Source: Patescibacteria group bacterium
GTDB lineage: Bacteria; Patescibacteriota; Patescibacteriia; Buchananbacterales; UBA6539
Length of the DNA: 64,000 nt
Assembly: GCA_028688055.1 (NCBI GenBank)
Contig: JAQTYZ010000001.1
Span: 178,910 to 242,909 of the forward strand
Direction: 5' to 3'
Shown here: positions 35,350 through 44,043 of the stretch, in pieces
How positions within the stretch are numbered: position 1 is the first letter of the stretch
Layout: each line of letters starts with the position of its first letter
Made by a program: the position numbers and the translations under genes
Notes under the pieces: model-generated
Database searches by the model: none
Seen by the model: only the letters and a program-made list of their open reading frames with translations
What the model was told of the DNA's origin: nothing

Positions 35350-35438
35350 CGACCAGCCCCGCGTCCGCGCGGGGCGTCGAGACGACCGAATTAAAAACTT
35401 TAATTCTGTCATTTCGGCGGTAAATTAAAAGTGTTATC

Positions 35439-35464
35439 TAAAAAAAAGAGCCATTATGGCTCTG
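35439..35464 (-). terminator. Rho-independent terminator for the ACP-like gene (AGAGCCAT-TA-ATGGCTCT plus T8 on minus strand)
   Basis: 8-bp perfect stem preceded on the plus strand by an A8 run. Confidence 0.5.
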
Positions 35465-35487
35465 TGCTAAGCAAGGGGCAGAAGGCG

Positions 35488-35781
35488 CTAACGCGATTGC
35501 AATGCCTGTTCGACGATCTCGATTAGACGGGCAACGGTCAAATCCGGGTCATACAAACCATTGCCATCCATATCATTGCTTAATCTGAGGTCGAACTCAT
35601 CGTCGATCGTCATAGCAATCTCCGACTGGTCAAGACTGTCGGCGCGGAGATCGCGGCCGATTCGATCCTGTAAGTCAGGAAGCGGCAGATCCAAATGAAG
35701 TGTTTCCGAGACGATTGCGACTACGCGCTCGGCCACCGATAAGGTCGGCTCGGGTACGGCAGCTGGTGCTGTCTCAGACAT
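35488..35781 (-). CDS. Acyl/peptidyl carrier protein-like (phosphopantetheine-attachment motif DSL), GC-rich, antisense to the heat-shock operon
   Basis: RDLRADSLDQSEIAMTIDDEFDLRL matches the ACP/PCP helix-II serine site. GGAGGG RBS 8 nt before the ATG (M14 of the track ORF). GC clearly above neighbours. Confidence 0.5.
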   Translation of the reverse strand: MSETAPAAVPEPTLSVAERVVAIVSETLHLDLPLPDLQDRIGRDLRADSLDQSEIAMTIDDEFDLRLSNDMDGNGLYDPDLTVARLIEIVEQALQSR

Positions 35782-35878
35782 TGGTGAACCCTCCAAAAGG
35801 TTAAGGATCGGGAGAGCCAAACTTCATAGCTGGTTATTAATTTAACTTAAAATAAATAATTAATCAAGTAGAAACAAT

Positions 35879-37777
35879 ATGGGAAAAATTTTAGGAATCG
35901 ATTTGGGAACAACTAATTCGGCGATGGCGATTGTCGAAGGTGGTGAACCGAAAATTTTGGAAAACAGCGAAGGGGCGCGAACCACGCCATCAATTGTGGC
36001 CATTAATAAAACCGGCGAGCGTTTAGTTGGTCAATTGGCCAAACGACAGGCGGTAACGAACCCGGAAAACACTTTGTATTCAATCAAGCGATTAATCGGC
36101 CGGCGCTGGGAAGATAATGAGGTTCAACGTGATTTGAAATTAATGCCGTATAAAATTGTCAAAGCTGACGGCGGCGTGAAAGTGCTGATGAACGGCAAGG
36201 AATTTTCGCCGCAGGAAATTTCGGCAATGATTTTGCAAAAATTAAAAGCGGACGCGGAAGCGCGCACCGGTGAAACGATAACCGAAGCGGTGATTACCGT
36301 GCCGGCTTATTTTGACGATGCGCAGCGTCGCGCTACTAAAGACGCCGGCGCCATTGCCGGTTTAGACGTTAAACAAATTATTAACGAACCAACGGCCGCG
36401 GCCTTAGCTTACGGTTTTGAAAAAAAACAAGGTCAGAAAATCGCCGTGTACGACTTAGGCGGTGGAACCTTTGACGTTTCCATTCTGGAAATTTCCGCTG
36501 ACACGATTGAAGTCAAGTCAACCAACGGCGACACCCATTTGGGCGGCGACGATTTTGACCAGCGCATTATCGAGTGGATTATTGCTGAATTCAAAAAAGA
36601 TCAGGGGATTGATTTGTCGAAAGACACTTTGGCACTCCAGCGAATTAAAGAAGCCGGCGAAAAAGCCAAAATTGAATTATCAACCGCGCAGGAAACTGAA
36701 ATTAATCAGCCGTTTATTACCACCGATTCGGCGGGTCCAAAACATTTGGTTTTAAAATTGACGCGCGCTAAACTCGAAGAATTAGTTGGTGAGTTGGTTG
36801 ATAAAACTCTCGAGCCATGCAAAAAAGCTTTGCAAGATGCAAAGCTTGAAACTAAAGACATCCAGGAAGTGATTATGGTCGGTGGGATGACGCGGATGCC
36901 GCTAGTCACCAAGATTGTTACTGAATTTTTTGGCAAAAAGCCTAATATCTCTGTCAACCCTGACGAAGTCGTGGCACTCGGTGCGGCGGTCCAGGCCGGC
37001 GTGTTGCAAGGCGACGTTAAAGATATTCTATTGCTTGACGTTACCCCTTTGACTCTGGGTCTCGAAACTTATGGCGGCGTGATGACACCGTTAATTGATC
37101 GAAATACCACCATCCCTTCATCAAAGTCGCAAGTCTTTTCAACCGCCGCCGACAGTCAGCCGTCAGTTGAAATTCACGTGTTACAAGGCGAACGACCGAT
37201 GGCGGGGGACAACAAAACTTTGGGGCGATTCATTCTCGACGGTATTCCGCCAGCCCCGCGTGGCATCCCACAAGTTGAAGTTACTTTTGACATCGACGCC
37301 AACGGCATTTTGAATGTTTCTGCCAAAGACAAGGGGACTGGTAAAGAACAAAAAATTACCATCACGGCCTCTTCGGGCTTGAGTAAGGAAGAGATTGAAA
37401 AAATGAAACAGGAAGCCGAATCGCACGCCGATGAAGATAAAAAAAAGAAAGAATTAATTGAGGCCAGAAATATCGCCGACTCGTTGGTCTATACCACCGA
37501 AAAAGCGTTGCGTGACGCTGGCGATAAATTGCCTGAAGCGGACAAAAAAGAAATTGAAGCGAAAGTTGAAGCGGTTAAGAAAGTTAAAGACGGTGAGGAT
37601 GTCAGTGCTATTACCAGCGCGACCGCTGAATTAAACACCGCCGCCCAAAAAATTGGTCAGGCGATGTATAATCAGCCGTCCAGCGGCCAGCCTCAGGCCG
37701 AAAGCACAACGGAAGCTAAATCCGATGATGCTAAAAAAGAAGACGTGGTCGAAGGTGAAATTGAAGAGAAGAAATAA
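35879..37777 (+). CDS. dnaK: Chaperone DnaK (Hsp70)
   Basis: [17 protein letters not shown], and full Hsp70 NBD/SBD layout. Confidence 0.95.
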   Translation: MGKILGIDLGTTNSAMAIVEGGEPKILENSEGARTTPSIVAINKTGERLVGQLAKRQAVTNPENTLYSIKRLIGRRWEDNEVQRDLKLMPYKIVKADGGVKVLMNGKEFSPQEISAMILQKLKADAEARTGETITEAVITVPAYFDDAQRRATKDAGAIAGLDVKQIINEPTAAALAYGFEKKQGQKIAVYDLGGGTFDVSILEISADTIEVKSTNGDTHLGGDDFDQRIIEWIIAEFKKDQGIDLSKDTLALQRIKEAGEKAKIELSTAQETEINQPFITTDSAGPKHLVLKLTRAKLEELVGELVDKTLEPCKKALQDAKLETKDIQEVIMVGGMTRMPLVTKIVTEFFGKKPNISVNPDEVVALGAAVQAGVLQGDVKDILLLDVTPLTLGLETYGGVMTPLIDRNTTIPSSKSQVFSTAADSQPSVEIHVLQGERPMAGDNKTLGRFILDGIPPAPRGIPQVEVTFDIDANGILNVSAKDKGTGKEQKITITASSGLSKEEIEKMKQEAESHADEDKKKKELIEARNIADSLVYTTEKALRDAGDKLPEADKKEIEAKVEAVKKVKDGEDVSAITSATAELNTAAQKIGQAMYNQPSSGQPQAESTTEAKSDDAKKEDVVEGEIEEKK

Positions 37778-37784
37778 ACAGTTC

Positions 37785-37817
37785 AAGCGGCGGGGTGAAA
37801 ATTTCCCGCCGCTTTAG
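37785..37817 (+). terminator. Hairpin after dnaK (AAGCGGCGGG-loop-CCCGCCGCTT) with a short U-tract
   Basis: 10-bp GC-rich stem followed by only TTT; could give partial termination before dnaJ. Confidence 0.4.
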
Positions 37818-37893
37818 GCAATGGTTAAACAATTTGATATACTTAAAAAGTTTAAGGTTAGCTTGGATTAATTATCAATTGCTATAAATCAAT

Positions 37894-38184
37894 ATGGAAC
37901 AGAGAATACCAGAGCAAAATAAAATTGAAATTCGCGACAGCTTCGCTGGCGCTGAGTATGCCAATGTAATGCAAATCACTCACAGCAAGGAAGAGTTTTT
38001 AATGACTTTTCTAAACATCGTCGCACCAAGCGGCCGCGTCGTGGCGAAAATTATGACTAATCCCGGCCACTTAAAGCGGATTGCTAAAGCGATTGAGGAA
38101 AATATTAAGCGCTATGAATCATCCTTTGGCAAAATTGAAGAAGCGGAAAGTCCCAAAGATGAAATCGGTTTTAGGGCTAACTAA
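37894..38184 (+). CDS. Hypothetical small protein (DUF3467-like) between dnaK and dnaJ
   Basis: 96-aa ORF with an HSKEEFLMTF motif; the family assignment is tentative. Confidence 0.4.
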   Translation: MEQRIPEQNKIEIRDSFAGAEYANVMQITHSKEEFLMTFLNIVAPSGRVVAKIMTNPGHLKRIAKAIEENIKRYESSFGKIEEAESPKDEIGFRAN

Positions 38185-38187
38185 TTT

Positions 38188-39294
38188 ATGGCTAAAGATT
38201 ATTACGACATTTTAGGTGTTACTAAAACCTCCAGTCCAGATGAACTAAAAAAGGCCTATTACAAGTTGGCGCACAAATATCATCCGCATAAAGGTGGCAC
38301 GGAATCGAATGAAGCTAAGATGAAGGAAGTTAATGAAGCATATAGCGTTCTAGGTAACCCGCAGAAAAAAGAGCAATACGACAAATACGGCCAGACTTTT
38401 GATCGGTCGCAGGGTCAGGGTCAGTCTTCGGGCTTTGGCGGTTTTAATGATTTTTCGGATTTCGCTCAAGCTTATCGCAGTGGACAAGGTAGCCAAAACG
38501 GACAAAATTTTTCGTTTGACTTTGGCGACTTGGGTGATATGTTTGGTGATATGTTTGGTGGTCGTTCGCGAGCGGCAACTCAACAAAACGGCGGTGATAT
38601 TCAAGCCGAGTTAACTTTGAATTTTCGTGAAGCGGTTTTTGGCGTTGAGAAAAAAATCAGCCTTAGAAAAGCTGTCACTTGTAATCATTGTCATGGCGAC
38701 GGTGCTGAGCCGGGCTCAAAAGTTTCCGCTTGCCCAACTTGCGGCGGTCGTGGTCAAGTCGTACGCAATATTGGTTTTGGGATCGGCTTTCCGTCGGCGT
38801 GCCAAGCCTGTGAAGGCACGGGTAAAAAAATTGACAAGCACTGCAAAGAATGTCGCGGCCAAGGCGTGATCAAAGAGACCGAAGAAATTTTGGTTAAAAT
38901 TCCCGCCGGGATTGATAATGACCAAACCATCAGGTTGTCCGGTCAGGGCGAAGCCGGACTGAAAGGCGCCGCCGCTGGTGATTTATATATTAAAATTCGA
39001 GTCTTGCCGGAAATCGGTTTGAATCGTGATGGCGCTGATATTAGAACGGTGCAGCAAATCAGTTTTTCACAAGCGGCCCTTGGTGCTAAAATTGATGTTG
39101 AAACCCTGGACGGAATGGTGACGCTAAAAATTCCCGAAGGCACCCAGAGTGACAAAATTTTTCAAATTAAAGGTAAGGGCGTGCCACATTTGCAAGACAA
39201 AGGCCGGGGCGATCATTTAGTTAAAGTCGTTGTCAAAACGCCGACTAAATTAAATCGGCGACAACGCGAGCTGCTTGCCGAGCTCGATAAATAA
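38188..39294 (+). CDS. dnaJ: Chaperone DnaJ
   Basis: J domain with HPD (YHPHK), G/F-rich linker, four CxxCxGxG zinc-finger repeats. Confidence 0.9.
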   Translation: MAKDYYDILGVTKTSSPDELKKAYYKLAHKYHPHKGGTESNEAKMKEVNEAYSVLGNPQKKEQYDKYGQTFDRSQGQGQSSGFGGFNDFSDFAQAYRSGQGSQNGQNFSFDFGDLGDMFGDMFGGRSRAATQQNGGDIQAELTLNFREAVFGVEKKISLRKAVTCNHCHGDGAEPGSKVSACPTCGGRGQVVRNIGFGIGFPSACQACEGTGKKIDKHCKECRGQGVIKETEEILVKIPAGIDNDQTIRLSGQGEAGLKGAAAGDLYIKIRVLPEIGLNRDGADIRTVQQISFSQAALGAKIDVETLDGMVTLKIPEGTQSDKIFQIKGKGVPHLQDKGRGDHLVKVVVKTPTKLNRRQRELLAELDK

Positions 39295-39302
39295 GGAGGT
39301 TT

Positions 39303-39923
39303 ATGAATTTTGAAACAGCGTCAACGTCGCTGATGGATTTGGCGAATAAGCTTGGTCAAAACCAGCCAGCAGCTAAACAGGCAGTCTCAACGGCGGCCAG
39401 TAGTGGTAATGATTTGTGGTCCAGTTTTTTGCATTTAAATTGGTCAACACCAACTTGGGATTTAATGATCCTGATTTTTTTTATTGTGGCGGTTTTAATT
39501 TACACTTTTGTCTTAGGCCGCGATCGCATTGTCGCGGTTTTAGTCAGTACTTATTTAGCGCTGGCGGTGGCGACTAATTTGCCGTTTATGGATAAAATTA
39601 CCGACCTGATCCATAATAATAATTTATTTAAATTTCAGGCTTCGTCATTTCTGGTGGTGTTTGTCCTGATATTTTTCTTAGCGTCGCGTGGCAGTTTAAT
39701 GTCGGGCTATTTTTCCGGCAGTTTGTGGCAAGTACTGATACTGTCAATTTTACAAATCGGATTGATGATTAGTATTATCTTTTCGTTTTTACCAGCCCAA
39801 TCTTTAAGTCATATTTCCGAATACACCAAAATAATTTTTACCAGCGACTTTGGTAAGTTTTGTTGGATTGTTTTGCCCATATTAGCGTTGGCCTTTTTTC
39901 GTGGCCGCCGCCACCGATTTTAA
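39303..39923 (+). CDS. Membrane protein, hypothetical
   Basis: Four or five TM helices; no known motif. Confidence 0.45.
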   Translation: MNFETASTSLMDLANKLGQNQPAAKQAVSTAASSGNDLWSSFLHLNWSTPTWDLMILIFFIVAVLIYTFVLGRDRIVAVLVSTYLALAVATNLPFMDKITDLIHNNNLFKFQASSFLVVFVLIFFLASRGSLMSGYFSGSLWQVLILSILQIGLMISIIFSFLPAQSLSHISEYTKIIFTSDFGKFCWIVLPILALAFFRGRRHRF

Positions 39924-40014
39924 GGTTGACTTTTCATTGTTTTTAAGGTTAAACTGACATAGTTTTTAATGACGTTTGCAATAAGCTATTGGCAATTTGC
40001 CAGTAACTAAATGT

Positions 40015-40086
40015 GGCCCGTTCGTCTAGTGGCTAGGACGCCAGGTTCTCATCCTGGTAACGGGAGTTCGATTCTCCCACGGGCTA
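40015..40086 (+). tRNA. tRNA-Glu (anticodon CUC)
   Basis: Cloverleaf readable: acceptor GGCCCGT/ACGGGCT, D-arm TAGTGGCTA, anticodon stem CCAGG/CCTGG with loop TTCTCAT, T-arm GGGAG-TTCGATT-CTCCC. CCA not encoded. Confidence 0.8.
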
Positions 40087-40100
40087 AAATCAAACCTAGT

Positions 40101-40883
40101 ATGTACCCTGATGAAGAACAATCTATTCCAGATGAGGCCAGAGAAAATGAGCATCCGCTATTAATTTCCCAAATCAATCCTGAGAACCGAGCTGAAGTAG
40201 CTCGGTATTATCAGTTTGAGATTGATCAAGGCTTCAGCGGTGTGAATCCAAATACAACTTTTGATAAGATGATTGATCTTCGTCAACGACAAATAGTTGA
40301 CGGCCAACTTAAAGTCGCGCGAGCCATGGAGGGTGACCAACTCGTTGCCACTAGTGTTGTTGTTTTAGAGAACGGGGCGATGGGTAAGGAAGTCAAACCA
40401 ACTGAAGCATATGCCGCCGGAACAGTTGTCTTGGATGATAAGCGAGGTCGCGGTATTGGTGAACGGATGGCCTCCGAACAGGATAATATTGCCCGAGCTG
40501 CAGGTAAGGAATCCATTCTAACAGTTATTGCAAATTATAATTCTCCGAGTATGCGTTTACGGATGAGTGTCGGCTATGTGTTGGAAGGAATTAATGAATA
40601 CCCAGGTGGGATTGATTATGCGTTCAGAAAAAATTTAATTAAGGAACAAGATGCCCCTGTCAATTGGGTGGATGAATTGAGGGGTGGCAGAGTCAGTGAA
40701 ACGGATAAGACAATTAGCGATTCCAGCCCAGAGCAAATTATTATTGACCCTGCGGATGATGTGCTGGTCAAAGAGGCATTGGAAAACGGCTATCGTGGGT
40801 TACACTTATTACGACCCCAAGATTTTGGCGATAAGCCATTGATCGACAAAAATATGATTGTTTTCTCCCGAGAAAGGTTATAG
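40101..40883 (+). CDS. GNAT-family N-acetyltransferase-like protein
   Basis: Motif A VVLDDKRGRGIGERMA. Start at the ATG after the tRNA (M31 of the track ORF that runs through the tRNA). GC somewhat elevated. Confidence 0.45.
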   Translation: MYPDEEQSIPDEARENEHPLLISQINPENRAEVARYYQFEIDQGFSGVNPNTTFDKMIDLRQRQIVDGQLKVARAMEGDQLVATSVVVLENGAMGKEVKPTEAYAAGTVVLDDKRGRGIGERMASEQDNIARAAGKESILTVIANYNSPSMRLRMSVGYVLEGINEYPGGIDYAFRKNLIKEQDAPVNWVDELRGGRVSETDKTISDSSPEQIIIDPADDVLVKEALENGYRGLHLLRPQDFGDKPLIDKNMIVFSRERL

Positions 40884-40890
40884 CGGCAGG

Positions 40891-40907
40891 CGATTCTCCC
40901 ACAGGCT
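40891..40907 (+). repeat. Direct repeat of the tRNA-Glu 3' end (CGATTCTCCCACaGGCT versus CGATTCTCCCACgGGCT at 40069-40085)
   Basis: 16/17 identity with the tRNA T-arm/acceptor 3' segment, placed right after the GNAT gene; att-like configuration. Confidence 0.45.
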
Positions 40908-40979
40908 GCCATCTATACTTTTCAACTAACTTAAGGGAGAGGCATAATATAATTTTATTTATACAAATTTTTTTAAGTT

Positions 40980-42572
40980 ATGACTATCGAAAAAAAAGAT
41001 TTAGAAAAAATAATTCAGGACATTCAAGTAGGAAATTCTGTTGCTGAAAATGATTTTTTGCTCGATGACGCTAGGGTTGATACCCCAATTTTTTTAGATG
41101 TTTGGAATGATAAATACGATATTATTCCTGGGAGAAAGGGTGCTGGTAAAACTGCTATGTTTAAAATTTTATCCAGTCTATCAGATTTTATTTTAAGAGA
41201 TAGAAGAATAGTTATACTAACTGGAGTTGATACAGCGGGTGAACCTGTTTTTAATGAGTTCAAGAATGATTTTGATAAATTTTCGGAAGATGACTTTGAA
41301 AATTTTTGGAAACTATATTTTGTTGCTTTAATTTATAATGATTTTATTAAGAATGATAAATTTGAAGCTGGGCTCTCAAATTGTGCTTCTGAGATATTTG
41401 ATTTTAAAAAAAAATGTGAGCAGGTTGGTATTCCCGAAATACCTGCGATACAGGACAAGAAGCAAATAATTAAATGGATATTAAATAGATTTCCTGCTAT
41501 AAAAAAAGTCAAAACTAGTACCGTAGCAGATATTCAAAATCCAACACTTATAGTTCAATCACTTGAGCTAGAGTTCAAAGATAAAGAACCTCTAAGGAAA
41601 TCAGCAAACACGCAGCCACCTCTTTATGTTAAATATATTGGGCAGTCTATTGGTAAGATCTTAAACAAGAGCAATTATGGAATATGGATAATCCTTGATA
41701 GACTGGATGAAGTTTTTTCAAGGTATAGTTCAACTGAATTTAATGGACTAAGGGGTCTTTTGAAAGCATATAAAAGTTTTGATTTAGGAAGTGAAAATAA
41801 ATTTAGGATTAAAATTTTTTTAAGAGATGATATTAAATTTTTTTTAACCGACGCAAAAATTTACAAAAAATTTTTTGGGAAGAGGCATATACCACCGTTG
41901 TCGGCTGCCACGCACATATTTTCAAGGGAATCACAAACTTTGAGTTGGTCTATTGATGAGATAGAGCAGTTAATTTTGAATAGACTTCTTTTAAGTATTG
42001 ATTTATTAGAATATTTAGGCATCACTAGAAGGGAAAATAACTTATCAAAAGATGCAATAAAAGATACTGTTAGCCAAACACTCAGAATTAAGAAAAAAAG
42101 ATCAGAGTATTGGGATAAAATATTCCCGAAAAAAATTCAATCTACGGACTCCTTAAAATGGATTTTTACACGCTTGTCTGATTCTAATGGGATTGTAACT
42201 CCTAGGTCTGTGATTGACTTACTTGAAGCATCATTAATGCATCTAAAAAAGAAAGCATTGATAGATTTTGAAGATCAAAGTCATATTTTTACACAGGATT
42301 CTTTAAAGGAGGGTATGGATATAGCCTCAAAATACAAGCTGGAGAGAGATATCTATAATGAGTTTCCACGTGAGCAACAAAATATTAAGAAATTGACTGA
42401 TGGTAAACCAAAATTAAGCAGAAAAGATCTTAAAGAACTTTACGGCGACGATTGGGAGTCGGTTTTAGAAAGTCTAAAGAGAATAGGGATATTGAAGTAT
42501 ATAAAAAGTTCAAATTTATACTCAGTGGTTTTTTTATATAGGCCAGGTCTTGGTATCATATATAAATATTAG
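40980..42572 (+). CDS. P-loop NTPase, AT-rich foreign-composition gene (candidate defense/island ATPase)
   Basis: Walker A IIPGRKGAGKTAMF near the N-terminus; Walker B GIWIILDRLDEVF about 185 residues later (ABC/OLD/AAA_21-like spacing). Markedly lower GC and AGA/ATA/TTA-rich codon usage unlike neighbouring genes. Confidence 0.55.
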   Translation: MTIEKKDLEKIIQDIQVGNSVAENDFLLDDARVDTPIFLDVWNDKYDIIPGRKGAGKTAMFKILSSLSDFILRDRRIVILTGVDTAGEPVFNEFKNDFDKFSEDDFENFWKLYFVALIYNDFIKNDKFEAGLSNCASEIFDFKKKCEQVGIPEIPAIQDKKQIIKWILNRFPAIKKVKTSTVADIQNPTLIVQSLELEFKDKEPLRKSANTQPPLYVKYIGQSIGKILNKSNYGIWIILDRLDEVFSRYSSTEFNGLRGLLKAYKSFDLGSENKFRIKIFLRDDIKFFLTDAKIYKKFFGKRHIPPLSAATHIFSRESQTLSWSIDEIEQLILNRLLLSIDLLEYLGITRRENNLSKDAIKDTVSQTLRIKKKRSEYWDKIFPKKIQSTDSLKWIFTRLSDSNGIVTPRSVIDLLEASLMHLKKKALIDFEDQSHIFTQDSLKEGMDIASKYKLERDIYNEFPREQQNIKKLTDGKPKLSRKDLKELYGDDWESVLESLKRIGILKYIKSSNLYSVVFLYRPGLGIIYKY

Positions 42573-42644
42573 TCTCATCGAATTAATATTGCTTTAAAAT
42601 TGCGAGTGAAAAATAGTGGTAAACGTCATAAATTTTAACGCTAA

Positions 42645-42670
42645 GCTGCTCCTCACGGAGCGGCTTTTTT
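42645..42670 (+). terminator. Rho-independent terminator (GCTGCTCC-TCAC-GGAGCGGC plus T6)
   Basis: 8-bp stem (one G-U) followed by TTTTTT. Confidence 0.6.
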
Positions 42671-42757
42671 GACTAAACCTTGACATCACTCAAAAAACCC
42701 TGTATGATAAACTTTTGTCTATGTTCTTTAGTTTACCAAGGAAGGGGAAACGAGCGG

Positions 42758-43081
42758 ATGTTGAAATCGTTTTTGGCAAGAGCCGGTCTTGGCAGGAAGC
42801 AAAAACCGAAACAGTATCCCAGGCTAATGAGTCATGCAGGAGGGGGACCAACTAGGCTTATACTAACGCCGTTACAGCTTAATACCAGCAATGTTATGGG
42901 TCTTCATTCAAGAATTCACGGCGATTTTTCCGGTTTAAGCGGCGATGTTAGCGGTTTGGTTGGAAACGTTAGTGCTGAACTGTTTGGCAACGCCAGTGGC
43001 ATCTGGGGAAGAGTTGATCACCTGTCTGGTGATATTCGAATCTTAGCAAGCCAAGGAGAGAATCCTGTCCAGTACGGATAA
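42758..43081 (+). CDS. Small protein with Gly/Asp/Ser-rich heptad-like repeats, GC-elevated
   Basis: GDFSGLS GDVSGLV GNVSAEL FGNASGIW GRVDHLS GDIRILA periodic repeats. AGGAAGGGG RBS before the ATG (M27 of the track ORF). Confidence 0.4.
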   Translation: MLKSFLARAGLGRKQKPKQYPRLMSHAGGGPTRLILTPLQLNTSNVMGLHSRIHGDFSGLSGDVSGLVGNVSAELFGNASGIWGRVDHLSGDIRILASQGENPVQYG

Positions 43082-43111
43082 GGAAAGCGCTCAGAAAAAT
43101 ATCTAGCGTCG

Positions 43112-43145
43112 CCCAGTCCACGTTATTAAGTGGCTGGGTTTTTTT
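43112..43145 (+). terminator. Rho-independent terminator (CCCAGtCCAC ... GTGGCTGGG plus T-run)
   Basis: 9-bp stem with one bulge followed by TTTTTTT. Confidence 0.5.
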
Positions 43146-43161
43146 AAATTAAATATTTAAT

Positions 43162-43884
43162 ATGTTATTATTAAAAATAATGAAAGTGAATATCAGTGGT
43201 AAAATTTTTGATAAATTCCCCGGTGCCATTTTAGGTTTGGTTAAAGTTAATAAAATTGATAACACAAAAAAATATCCCGAAATTACAAAATTATTGCGAG
43301 TGGCCGAAAGTAGGGTTAGGAATATTTTTGAAACAACAGAAAAAATTGGTTCGCATCCGGCGGTTAGTTCGTGGCGCAAAGCTTATCGGACTTTCGGTTC
43401 TGACCCACACGAATATCGCTGTTCAATTGAAGCGCTGTTGCGTCGCGTCGTGAAAGGCGGGGAAGTGCCAGCGATAAATCCGTTAGTTGATTTGTATAAT
43501 TATATTTCCTTAAAGTATCTAATGCCGGTTGGGGGCGAAGATTTAAATATGGTTAAGGGTGGTATTATTTTGGATTTTGCCACTGGCTCAGAAAATTTTA
43601 TTAGACTTGGTGGCACGGCTAATGAGCCGCCTGATGCTGGTGAAGTAATCTATCGCGATGAAGTCGGCGTTATGTGTCGCCGCTGGAATTGGCGCGAAGC
43701 TGACCGGACCAAATTAACCAACCAGACAACGGAAGCAATCATTGTGGTTGAGGCCTTGCCGCCGGTGGCCAAAAGCGAAGTCGAAGCGGCGACTACTGAA
43801 TTTTGTGAAATCCTGAAAAATATTTGTGGCGTTAGCAGTACAATTTTTTTGCTTGACGCAAGTCGGCCGACTATTGAGTTATAA
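43162..43884 (+). CDS. B3/B4 tRNA-binding domain protein
   Basis: INPLVDLYNYISLKYLMPVGGEDLN matches the B3/4 domain of PheT-like proteins. ATG alternatives at 43162 or 43180. Confidence 0.55.
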   Translation: MLLLKIMKVNISGKIFDKFPGAILGLVKVNKIDNTKKYPEITKLLRVAESRVRNIFETTEKIGSHPAVSSWRKAYRTFGSDPHEYRCSIEALLRRVVKGGEVPAINPLVDLYNYISLKYLMPVGGEDLNMVKGGIILDFATGSENFIRLGGTANEPPDAGEVIYRDEVGVMCRRWNWREADRTKLTNQTTEAIIVVEALPPVAKSEVEAATTEFCEILKNICGVSSTIFLLDASRPTIEL

Positions 43885-43931
43885 TTTGTAATAAAGTAAT
43901 GATAATTTCGTCCTCTTTAGTAGATGTCATT

Positions 43932-43952
43932 AATTGAAATAAAATTTCAATT
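43932..43952. promoter_or_regulatory. Perfect palindrome AATTGAAAT-AAA-ATTTCAATT upstream of the FMN-binding/ApbE operon
   Basis: 9-bp inverted repeat with a 3-nt spacer, 90 nt upstream of the 44044 start; candidate dimeric regulator site. Confidence 0.3.
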
Positions 43953-44043
43953 TTAGCGTAATATCTAGTGTCGGGTAGTTTAATTATTTATTGCTTAAAT
44001 AAGCCAAAAATTGGCCGAAGATGACTGCAGAAAATAAAATAAT

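Noticed and set aside
35357-35385. GC hairpin (CCCCGCG-TCCG-CGCGGGG) after hsp20 as a rho-independent terminator
   Set aside because: Stable stem, but it is followed by CGTCGAGACG rather than a U-tract. Kept only as a possible structure, not called as a terminator.
38350-39155. Several 69-84-aa ORFs on both strands inside dnaJ
   Set aside because: Embedded in the Gly/Phe-rich and zinc-finger coding region of dnaJ; artefacts of repetitive GC-rich codons.
40011-40100. Track ORF start (MWPVRLVARTPGSHPG...) running through the tRNA-Glu gene
   Set aside because: The first 90 nt are the tRNA itself. The true CDS starts at the ATG at 40101, after the tRNA.
40891-40907. Interpreting the tRNA 3'-end repeat as proof of an active integrative element
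   Set aside because: No integrase, excisionase or other mobility gene lies between or near the repeats. Reported only as an att-like remnant.
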